From NCBI GenBank assembly GCA_965263075.1, contig CBDHGI010000006.1, positions 338,929 through 402,928 on the forward strand: 64,000 nucleotides of DNA, in the 5' to 3' direction. Below, one piece after another: positions 56,113-64,000 of this stretch; within the stretch, counting starts at the first letter, position 1; every line of letters begins with the position of its first letter. The notes beneath the pieces were generated by a model. The model saw only the letters and a list, made by a program, of their open reading frames with translations. It was not told the origin of the DNA and did not search any database. Source of the stretch: Chloroflexota bacterium (GTDB taxonomy: Bacteria; Chloroflexota; UBA11872). A program made the position numbers and the translations under genes.

Positions 56113-57722
56113 GTGCGACTCGTCCACATCAAAGATCTGGAGGCCGTCGTCATGGCTGAGCTTCTGCCGGGTCGGGTGCCGCCCTTCGAGGTTGGTGCCG
56201 GGTATCACCCATTCATGGACTACCGATTCGTACACGCAGGGCAGCCGCGCTGGGTCGGGGCGAACGGTGCGCCGATTCACTACTGGGAGACGGCGGATCC
56301 GGATGAGATTCGCGCCGCGCACGCGAACGTGCCGCGTGGAATCGAGTTACGGTCGCAGCCGGCCGAACGGTCGGATCCAGTCCTGACCTGTACCGAGCCC
56401 TGGGAACACAACAATGGTGGGCCCACGATCATTCGCGATGGCGGGCTGTACCGCATGTGGTACCACGCGACGGCGCCGGATCATTGGGACCCGGACCTCG
56501 CGCCTTCGCTTGGCTGGGGGCCCGACTGGGGCGGATTCCTCTGCTACGCGGAATCCGACGACGGGTTCGAATGGCGAAAGCCGGCTCTGGGTCAGTACGA
56601 ATGGCAGGGCCACGACAGCACAAACATCGTGCTCGGCCGGGAACTGGCGGGCGAGCCAGGCATGCATGGGCAATCGGTCTTTCTGGATCCGCAGGCGCCG
56701 GCCCACGAGCGGTTCAAGTCCATCTACATGGGACGGCTTTCGACCGATGTCATAAACCAGTGGGTGCGGGAGCAACCGGAGCGCGTGGATCCCTGGATTG
56801 CCGTGTATCCCGACCGCGGCATCTTCGTGGCTACGTCACCGGACGGGATCAAGTGGACGCCGCATCCGGACCCGGTAGTGATCTTCATCAGCGACACCAT
56901 GAACGTGGCGGACTGGAATCCTGGGCGTCAGAGCTACGTGTGGTATTCGAGGGGGTGGTCGTGGGACCGCCGCACGATCGCTCGGGCCGAGACACGCGAC
57001 TTCTTTGCCTGGCCGCTGCCGGAGCAGGTGTTGACCGCGCCGCCGGAGCAGCTGGCGATAACGGACATCTACACCAACGGCAAAGTGACGTACCCCGGCG
57101 ATCCATCCACGCACGTCATGTTTCCAACGCTCTACGACCGGGCGCTGGACACGACGGCGATAGCGGTTGCTACAAGCACGGACGATGTGGTGTGGGACTG
57201 GCTTCCCGGCGGACCGGTACTCGAACCGGGACCGGAAGGCACGTTTGACTCGGCTGCATGTTTTCGTGCAAGGGCCTGGTTGAGCTGCCAAGCGACCGGA
57301 TCGGAACCCCGTACACGGGTTTCGACCTGCCGCACAAGTACCCGCGGCTGACGTTGAAGAGCGCCACGGCGTATGGGCTCTGGGGGTGCGGGCGGATTGC
57401 GGGGCTGGTAGCCAAGGCCGACGGTGAGTTCGCCACCCCTCAGTTGCTGCTTCAGGGACGTGAATTGCGACTGAACGTCAAGACAGCGGCCGACGGCGAG
57501 GTACGGGTGTCGGCCCTGGAGCGAGGACCGGACTGGACGTCTCGGCCGGGTCACGGTTCGTGGATTGAGGTCGGTGAGAGCCGGTCGATCCAGGGCGATC
57601 ACGTGAGCGTGCCGGTGGACTGGAACGGCAGCCCAGCGCTCAGACTCGCGACGCACGGTCCGGTGGTTCTTCGATTCGTGATGCGAAAGGCGACGCTATT
57701 CGGTTTTGAGGTCACTGGCTAG
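56113..57722 (+). pseudogene. Beta-propeller glycoside-hydrolase-like protein, paralog 2, interrupted by a frameshift near 57260
   Basis: ORF 56113-57351 (frame 1) and ORF 57258-57722 (frame 0) together align along the full length of paralog 1. The C-terminal part, …RLTLKSATAYGLWGCGRIAGLVAKADGEF…VVLRFVMRKATLFGFEV, corresponds to …RLRLDGFYYLEASAGQGMFG…IRLEVQLNNARIYAIRGDF. Confidence 0.55.
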
Positions 57723-57816
57723 CGGTAGCGCCGGTCGGCTGCAGCCGACCGGTTGTCGGGTCAACCTACACTTGCCGTAGCCCCGCGACGCAGGAAGTTT
57801 CGAGGATGACGCACCA

Positions 57817-58773
57817 ATGAAGATCGTGATTGGAACCGATCAGTTCGGCGAAGACTACGCGGATCAGCTCGGCGCGCGCTTTCCCCAGGCCACATTTGCC
57901 ATGGCCCTAACTGACGACGAAGAGCAAGTCGAAATCGTGGATGCCGATGCCTTTTTGGGCTGGCCGGAGCCTGAAGCAATAGCCGTAGCGCAACGGCTGC
58001 GCTGGATTCATGTGCCGGGGATGGGAATCAACAACACGATGCGCAGCCCGGGTATTGCCGACTCCGGGATCGTGGTGACCAATTCGCCTGGGGCGCACAC
58101 GAGTCCTATCGCCGACCACGTGATGTTCTTCGTGCTTTCGCTGGCTCACCAGGGCCGCCGATTGATGGACGATCAGCGCGCACGGCGCTGGGACACCGAG
58201 TCCTACGAGCGCCAGCTGCGCGACCTGGACGGCTCCGCCATGTTGCTGATTGGACTGGGCGGCATTGGACGGGCCGTGCATCAGCGGGCCCAGAGCTTTG
58301 GAATACAGGTGTTGGTTATCGATCCAACTCCCACGGAGGTCCCGGCGGGTATTCGCGAGGTTGGCGGCGTGGACCGGTTGGATGCGCTGCTGGCTGAGAC
58401 CGACTGGCTGGTGGTAACCGTGCCCGTGACCCCGGATACCCGAAACATGATCGACGCCCGACGGATCGGCTTGCTGAAGAAGGGCGCCGCCGTGATCGTC
58501 ATCTCGCGCGGTGACATCGTTGACGAGGAGGCGCTGGCCGAGGCGCTGCGCTCAGGGCGCCTATCCGGCGCCGGGCTCGATGCCACGGCAACAGAACCGC
58601 TGCCCGCCGACAGCCCGCTGTGGGCGATGGACAACGTACTGATCTCGCCGCACTGCTCGGGCGTCACGCCCAGCATGTGGACACGACGCCAACAGACCCT
58701 TGAGGACCAGGTGGGTCGTTTCGTGGAGGGCCGGCCGCTGGCGTTTATCTGCGACTTGAAGCGCGGGTATTAG
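57817..58773 (+). CDS. D-isomer-specific 2-hydroxyacid dehydrogenase-family protein
   Basis: LIGLGGIGRAVHQRAQSFGIQV NAD-binding motif; …LISPHCSG catalytic His region. Confidence 0.8.
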   Translation: MKIVIGTDQFGEDYADQLGARFPQATFAMALTDDEEQVEIVDADAFLGWPEPEAIAVAQRLRWIHVPGMGINNTMRSPGIADSGIVVTNSPGAHTSPIADHVMFFVLSLAHQGRRLMDDQRARRWDTESYERQLRDLDGSAMLLIGLGGIGRAVHQRAQSFGIQVLVIDPTPTEVPAGIREVGGVDRLDALLAETDWLVVTVPVTPDTRNMIDARRIGLLKKGAAVIVISRGDIVDEEALAEALRSGRLSGAGLDATATEPLPADSPLWAMDNVLISPHCSGVTPSMWTRRQQTLEDQVGRFVEGRPLAFICDLKRGY

Positions 58774-58806
58774 GGCAGGCCAAGCTCTTCGGCGCCGGAA
58801 ACTACC

Positions 58807-60090
58807 TCAGAACAGCTCCGCGGCCGTCGGCAACTCGTGCAGCGCCGGTTCGGGGATCCGCAGGTATAGGACCTGGTGCCAGCGGTGGGGAACGAACAGA
58901 TTCACCACGCCTTCGTCTACAAAGGCGTCGATGTAGGAGCACTGGTGATTCATGAAGGGCATCTCGTATGCCGGCGCCAGGGCGTTCGCGAAAACGAAGC
59001 GAGGTTCGCCCCAGGTTCGGCCGCCGTCCTGAGAAATGGCCACCCAGATTTCTGACCGGTCGCCCATCAGGGCTTCCTTGTCGCCGCTCAGGCCGGTGTA
59101 ATCCAAGTCGTGGTGGCGGTTGTGGTGGAAGGCCGCGAGATCACCGTTCGACAGCTTGAAGAGCATTGGCGGGGCGTCGGGATGGATTAGCGGGGTCGGT
59201 TGTGGGTCTGACCACGTACGCCCGTCGTCGTGGCTACGGAGGTTCCAGAGATGCCCCTCCGGCGTTCGCGCCATGGAGTAGACCTCGCCGCCGCCGAGGT
59301 CAATGGGACGTAGTTCGTCCATGCGGTTGAAGCCGCCGGCATGCCAGCCGCCGTGTCGAGCGTCAGGCAGAAGCTCCCAGGATTGGCCTTGATCCTCGGA
59401 ACGCAGGATGTATTGTCGGGTCATCAGTGGACGGTAGGACCAGTCGCCTTCGTGCGAGCCTAGTAGCCAGGTTCCGGCCTCGGTTTCGCACATCCGCATG
59501 ACGGACATGCCGGTGAAGTCAGGGTCGTTCAGCAGTCGGATCAGCCGGACCTCGGACCAGGTATGCCCGTCGTCGTCGGAGTAGCGATAGCCAATCGGCG
59601 CGTTTTCGTGCAGGCCGCGCTCAATCGTGTGGAGGGCCCAGATTGGTTGCGTGCCGAAGCAGTAGATGCGGCCCTCAGGTACACCGCTCCCCTCACGGGG
59701 CATGAGCGGGATGAAGCCGTGGAGGTTGTAGTCGATGTCGATCGGCCGCGACGGCCCGTGCCAGGTTGCGCCGCGGTCACTCGACCGGAAGGCCACCAGA
59801 TCGTTGACCTTGCGGACCTGGCGGCCGTAATGACAGCGGCCCTCGGGGACGATGAGGGTGTTGGTGGGAAACATCAAGAGATAGTCGCCGCCAGGCGTCT
59901 TGATAGCCCGGGTCTCAAAGATGGTGCCGCGCTCGGTGCGGTAGACGATTTGGCCGTCGACCGCCGGCGCGGCGATCAGCCCGAGGTCCTCTCGAACGAC
60001 AAGCGCGTCCGGTGGCGCGGCAACGGCTATTGGCCTGTCCTGTAGCTGAATCGTCTCCGCCAGCGTCTGTCGTGGGTAACGAGCACTCAC
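58807..60090 (-). CDS. BNR-repeat exo-alpha-sialidase-like protein
   Basis: Five Asp-box motifs (SSDRGATW, SDDDGHTW, SEDQGQSW, SHDDGRTW, SQDGGRTW). A GTG at 60090 with AGGAG upstream avoids overlap with the downstream gene. Confidence 0.7.
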   Translation of the reverse strand: MSARYPRQTLAETIQLQDRPIAVAAPPDALVVREDLGLIAAPAVDGQIVYRTERGTIFETRAIKTPGGDYLLMFPTNTLIVPEGRCHYGRQVRKVNDLVAFRSSDRGATWHGPSRPIDIDYNLHGFIPLMPREGSGVPEGRIYCFGTQPIWALHTIERGLHENAPIGYRYSDDDGHTWSEVRLIRLLNDPDFTGMSVMRMCETEAGTWLLGSHEGDWSYRPLMTRQYILRSEDQGQSWELLPDARHGGWHAGGFNRMDELRPIDLGGGEVYSMARTPEGHLWNLRSHDDGRTWSDPQPTPLIHPDAPPMLFKLSNGDLAAFHHNRHHDLDYTGLSGDKEALMGDRSEIWVAISQDGGRTWGEPRFVFANALAPAYEMPFMNHQCSYIDAFVDEGVVNLFVPHRWHQVLYLRIPEPALHELPTAAELF

Positions 60091-60121
60091 AAGGCTGTCG
60101 CTCCTGAGTGGCGCTCGCCGG

Positions 60122-61618
60122 CTACGTGAGCCCGTAGGCGTAGAGGCAGGCCGCTCCGTAGAGCCAGAAGCGGAGTTTGAACCGACCGCCATTCAGGTCG
60201 GACAGATTCTTGCCATTCCACAACACTGGACGTTGCAGGCCGTCGATGAAGATGTCGTCGGAGTCCTGGCGGGTGAAGCCGTCCAGCGGTTCGCCGGTGC
60301 CTGGGTCGAGGACCTCAACTTCGATCCAGTTGCGGTTCTGTCGAACGTCGCCGACGTTGAGGGTCAGGGTGGTCAATCCCGCTGCCTCGATGGTAGTGGT
60401 CGTGGCGTGGCCCGGGGTCTCCCGATCGGGCGTTTCGAGGCAGGTGAAGCCGTCCTCACGGAGCGTAGCGACACCCATGCGCACGACTCGCCCGGAACCG
60501 CTGCCAGAGCCGCCGTAGTCGACGCCCGGCCGGAAGTTCTCCGGTGGCCAGGTCGTAAAGTCCTCGGCCGCGCCGCCGTAGAAGAGGTATACGGTGCCGT
60601 CCTTGACGACCGGCTTGTCGGAGATGACCAGCAGGCCGCCGTCCCACTCGGTGTGCGCGCCGCGCGCGATGGTCGGCTGGTGCGGGTTCACACGCTCGAA
60701 GTTGGCCCCGTCGGTGCTAACGGCCAAGCGAATGTCGGCCCCGTACATGCCGTAGAGCCCGTAGTCGCTGGGCACGTACCACCCATACTCGTAGGTCATG
60801 ATCCAGGCGCCACCATAGGGCGACATCATGACGTGATGGTCCTCTTCTTCGAGGCCATCGTTGGGCGAGATCAGCGGGTTTTCGTCGGCGTAGCGGAAGT
60901 TCTCGATGTCGGGACCGTAGGCCAGGAACTTGGCGCGGCCCTGGCTTGGGTTTCGCTCCGCGAACTGCTTCTGGTGCGGCTCGTCCAGCGGAACCATGGC
61001 CTGGTAGACCGTCTTGAAGCGTCGGCTGGGATCGGGATCCTGATCGTCGCGTACCAGGACGCCGACATCGGGCGGGCGCCCGCCCCACTGCGGCAAAAGG
61101 ATTCTCTCGCCCGTGGTCCAGTGAATGCCGTCCGGGGAGAAAATTGCACGCGCGCCGTGCCGACTGTATTCAGGCTCCCCAGCGTAGCTGTGCAGGCGCT
61201 TGATGCCCTTGAAACGCCGGTTCGGATCCGGCTCGGCCTCATCCTTGATGATCGGGCCGCGGCCCTCGATGACAATGTTGTTCCTGGTGCTGCCCTTGTA
61301 CTCGAACATCCCGAGGATCGGCTTGTGCCAGTTGACGCCGTCTTCGCTTACGGCATATCCGGTGGCCCACCAACTGGCGCCGCCCATGTCCGAGCCCGCA
61401 TACCAAGCCTTGAATAGCTTGTCCTCTTCGTCATAGATGACGCTTTGCGACGACCAGGGCGCGCAGTGCGTTGAGTCCCATTCGTGGATGTCTCCCAGCG
61501 GCAGCACCGGGTTGAGTGGGTGCTTCTCGGCCTGGCACACAGCTCGATTGACGTTGTGACAGGACTCCACACGGTCCATGAGGAGGAAACTGTCGCCTCC
61601 ATCTGCGTTCGCATTCAT
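60122..61618 (-). CDS. Beta-propeller glycoside-hydrolase-like protein, paralog 3
   Basis: 498 aa; same family as paralogs 1 and 2. Confidence 0.6.
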   Translation of the reverse strand: MNANADGGDSFLLMDRVESCHNVNRAVCQAEKHPLNPVLPLGDIHEWDSTHCAPWSSQSVIYDEEDKLFKAWYAGSDMGGASWWATGYAVSEDGVNWHKPILGMFEYKGSTRNNIVIEGRGPIIKDEAEPDPNRRFKGIKRLHSYAGEPEYSRHGARAIFSPDGIHWTTGERILLPQWGGRPPDVGVLVRDDQDPDPSRRFKTVYQAMVPLDEPHQKQFAERNPSQGRAKFLAYGPDIENFRYADENPLISPNDGLEEEDHHVMMSPYGGAWIMTYEYGWYVPSDYGLYGMYGADIRLAVSTDGANFERVNPHQPTIARGAHTEWDGGLLVISDKPVVKDGTVYLFYGGAAEDFTTWPPENFRPGVDYGGSGSGSGRVVRMGVATLREDGFTCLETPDRETPGHATTTTIEAAGLTTLTLNVGDVRQNRNWIEVEVLDPGTGEPLDGFTRQDSDDIFIDGLQRPVLWNGKNLSDLNGGRFKLRFWLYGAACLYAYGLT

Positions 61619-61737
61619 AAGGAGACCTCGGACGCTGGAGAGGGGCCGGCAATCAGCATAGACAGGCTTGGTGTTCTACGCGACTAGGAATTACCTGTGA
61701 TACGGCGTCTGAACGGAGGCGCGCTAGTACGGACGCG

Positions 61738-62613
61738 TCAGCCCTTGATACCGGTCAGCGCAATGCCGCGAATGAACTGCTTTTGTGCGAGGAAGAAAGC
61801 CACGATCATCGGCACGATCAGCAGCATGGCGCCGGCCATCAAGAGGTGGTATTGGGTACCGAACCTGGAGACGAAGAATCGCAACCCCACTGCAAGGGTC
61901 AAGTTCTCCGTACGCAGCAAGTAGATCAGCGGCTCCAGGAAGTCGTTCCAGCGATTCATGAACGAAAACACCGCTATCGTGGCAATGGCGGGTACCGACA
62001 GGGGGATCACGACTTTTCGCAGGATCTGAAGGTGGGAAGCACCGTCGATTCGGGCCGCGTCGTCAAGTTCGCGAGGCAGCGTGAGGAAAAACTGGCGCAT
62101 GATGAATATGTAGAACGCGGTTCCGAACAGGCGTGGAATCAGCAACGGCCACAGCGTGTCGATCATGTCCAGGCGGTGGAAGATAAGCCAACGAGGGATC
62201 AGAGTGACGGCGCCAGGGAGCATCATCGTCGCCAGAACGCCGAGAAACAGCTTGTCCCGGCCCGCGAAGCGCGTACGAGCAAAGCCATAGGCTACTGAAA
62301 CGCTGGTGATCGTCTCGGCAACAACACTGAACGCAACCACGATCGCGGAGTTTTTCATCCATGACCAAGTTGGCCCGTTCGACCACATGATGGAGTAGTT
62401 CTCCCAAAGCGGCGGCCAAGGAATGATGATGGGCGGAAGCACGTAGAGGTCGGATTCCTTCGTTAGCGAGGTTCGCAGCATGAAGAGCACGGGATACATG
62501 TAGCCGAAGGCGCCGCCCACCACGATGAGGTAGAGCACGATTCGGCGCGTCCAGCGAATCGCGCGCAACGTGGCGGTTCCGCGCGTCTTGAGTCGCGCCG
62601 TCGTCGCCGCCAT
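61738..62613 (-). CDS. ABC transporter permease (MalG-like)
   Basis: EAA loop DDAARIDGASHLQILRKVVIPLSVPAIATI; 6 TM segments. Confidence 0.85.
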   Translation of the reverse strand: MAATTARLKTRGTATLRAIRWTRRIVLYLIVVGGAFGYMYPVLFMLRTSLTKESDLYVLPPIIIPWPPLWENYSIMWSNGPTWSWMKNSAIVVAFSVVAETITSVSVAYGFARTRFAGRDKLFLGVLATMMLPGAVTLIPRWLIFHRLDMIDTLWPLLIPRLFGTAFYIFIMRQFFLTLPRELDDAARIDGASHLQILRKVVIPLSVPAIATIAVFSFMNRWNDFLEPLIYLLRTENLTLAVGLRFFVSRFGTQYHLLMAGAMLLIVPMIVAFFLAQKQFIRGIALTGIKG

Positions 62614-63591
62614 CTAGCCGGGTTCCTGGTATTCGTAGTAGACCCAGCGTCGCGCGCCCACGAACTGAACCATCGTGGCCGCAAGGATAATCGCGAACAG
62701 GATCCAGGAGATCGCGGAGGCGTAGCCCATCTTGAAGGCATTCCAGCCCATGATCCAGATATAGAGCAAGATGAATAGGGTGGCATTGTCCGGCCCGCCC
62801 TCCGTCATCAAGAGCGCCTGAGTCACGGACTGGAACGAGCCGATCACACCCAGAATCAGGCTCAGGAAAATGTAAGGCGTCATCATGGGAATGGTCACAT
62901 GACGAACCTTGGCCCACCAACCGCCGCCGTCCACCTCCGCCGCCTCATAGAGATGCTGAGGGACGCCCTGCAGGCCGGCCAGGAAGATCACCATCGACGC
63001 GCCAATACCCCAAAAGCTCATGATGATGAGCGCCGGCATGGCCCACGTGGTCGAGGTCAACCAGCGCGGGCCGTCGATCCCGAACCAGCCCAACATCCCA
63101 TTGAGTGCCCCGCGTGGCGCGAACAGCCAGATCCAGATCAACGCCATGCCCACCCCGGACGTCACGGAAGGGATGTAATACATGGTGCGCCAAATCGGCA
63201 TGCCCCTGACCTTCTGATTGAGCAGGCCGGCCACCGCAAACGCGATCACCGTGGACCCGGGAACGTGGAACAGGGTGTAGTAGGCGGTGTTCCAGAGGCT
63301 CTTGCCGACTAGCGGGTCGGTAAAGGCGGCCTGATAGTTGCGGAAGCCGATGAACGAGGGCGGTCGACCCACATCCCAGCTCAGGAACGAGATGATGAGG
63401 GCGAATACGTAGGGCACGAGGTCCAGTAGGACGAACCCCACGACCCAGGGGAAAATGAAGACCCAACCCTCCTGGTTGGACATCCACTTGCGAACGGCAC
63501 GCCAGCGCGAGAGGGGTGGAGGCGTGGCGCCTGCTCCCGCCGCGATTTCCGCGTTCGGGCCGCTCGTCGCCACGCAACACCTCCGGGCCAA
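62614..63591 (-). CDS. ABC transporter permease (MalF-like)
   Basis: EAAEVDGGGWWAKVRHVTIPMMTP EAA loop; its stop abuts the start of the downstream permease gene. Confidence 0.85.
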   Translation of the reverse strand: MARRCCVATSGPNAEIAAGAGATPPPLSRWRAVRKWMSNQEGWVFIFPWVVGFVLLDLVPYVFALIISFLSWDVGRPPSFIGFRNYQAAFTDPLVGKSLWNTAYYTLFHVPGSTVIAFAVAGLLNQKVRGMPIWRTMYYIPSVTSGVGMALIWIWLFAPRGALNGMLGWFGIDGPRWLTSTTWAMPALIIMSFWGIGASMVIFLAGLQGVPQHLYEAAEVDGGGWWAKVRHVTIPMMTPYIFLSLILGVIGSFQSVTQALLMTEGGPDNATLFILLYIWIMGWNAFKMGYASAISWILFAIILAATMVQFVGARRWVYYEYQEPG

Positions 63592-63697
63592 CGGGCCGCA
63601 TGCACCGGAGCAACCCAGATATGTGACCTGGGCTGCCTATGGATAGAGCCGGTGGGGACGCCAGGTCGGCGTCCCCACCGTGACAAATCCTTAGAGC

Positions 63698-64000
63698 CTA
63701 GATCTCGCGCCGGAGAGCTTCCGTGCCCTCCGCCTCCAGCTCCTCCATCATCTGATACGGGTTCTCGCCGCCAACCAACGCCCGGTCGCCCAGCTTGGCC
63801 AGGACGAGCCGCCACCACTCCAGCCAGTTCGGGTGCGCGTTGGTGCCACGAATCCAGTTTTCGCGGAACTGACCCACGGCCTCAGCCTCGGCCGCAAGGT
63901 CGGGGAAGTTGTCCGTTCCGCTGGCGAACTCAGTGATGAACGGGCTGTTCCAGATGGACTTGGCGGCGGGCACAACCGGCTGGAACTCGGCCAGGTAGGG
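63698..64000 (-). CDS. ABC transporter substrate-binding protein, C-terminal end (gene continues beyond the window end)
   Basis: C-terminal sequence …NWLEWWRLVLAKLGDRALVGGENPYQMMEELEAEGTEALRREI lies upstream of two permease genes; the ORF is open to the window edge. Confidence 0.55.
   Translation of the reverse strand, partial: PYLAEFQPVVPAAKSIWNSPFITEFASGTDNFPDLAAEAEAVGQFRENWIRGTNAHPNWLEWWRLVLAKLGDRALVGGENPYQMMEELEAEGTEALRREI

Overview
High-GC window (about 68% by eye; phylum not assignable from sequence) densely packed with genes on both strands. Three blocks stand out. Block 1, bases 1-22.6 kb: a chromosomal stretch of mixed housekeeping and accessory genes. It holds a DapA-family lyase, a BNR-repeat protein, methyltransferases, an intact vapBC pair next to a tRNA-Lys(CTT), a Nif3-family gene, an orphan DUF2344 gene, an HNH endonuclease, a macro-domain/methyltransferase/CocE operon, Gfo/Idh/MocA oxidoreductases, a PD40-repeat lipoprotein, a frameshifted plant-type LRR gene and a sulfatase. 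Block 2, 22.6-27.3 kb: a mosaic accessory segment. It holds purine-rich intergenic repeat elements, a retropepsin-like (DTGF) aspartic protease translationally coupled to a small upstream protein, and a sharply low-GC insert (about 23.95-25.5 kb). That insert carries a 22-codon hydrophobic peptide ORF, an orphan 123-aa protein and a multiply frameshifted IS1595-family transposase remnant. The segment also has a decayed vapBC locus (VapB with an in-frame TAG and a duplicated C-terminal toxin-binding motif, VapC truncated at 64 aa), a convergent DUF433/HicB-like pair, and a C-terminal remnant of an IS200-like/RAYT transposase. Block 3, 27.3-64 kb: catabolic and transport genes. It includes argG, an EEP-domain membrane protein, two sugar ABC transporter systems, aldo-keto reductase, sugar-phosphate isomerase, UroD-family, formamidase, SDR, acetoacetate-decarboxylase-like and MFS genes, and a ComM/YifB ATPase. 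From 47.8 kb onward it is a sulfated-glycan utilisation-type cluster: a 1083-aa glycoside-hydrolase-like protein, three paralogous beta-propeller hydrolase-like genes (one frameshifted), two tandem sulfatases and a BNR sialidase-like gene. No CRISPR array or rRNA gene was seen. The ORF track accepts ATG, GTG and TTG starts (all written as M) and omits ORFs that run off the window edge. Family assignments are made by eye, and most start coordinates are approximate.
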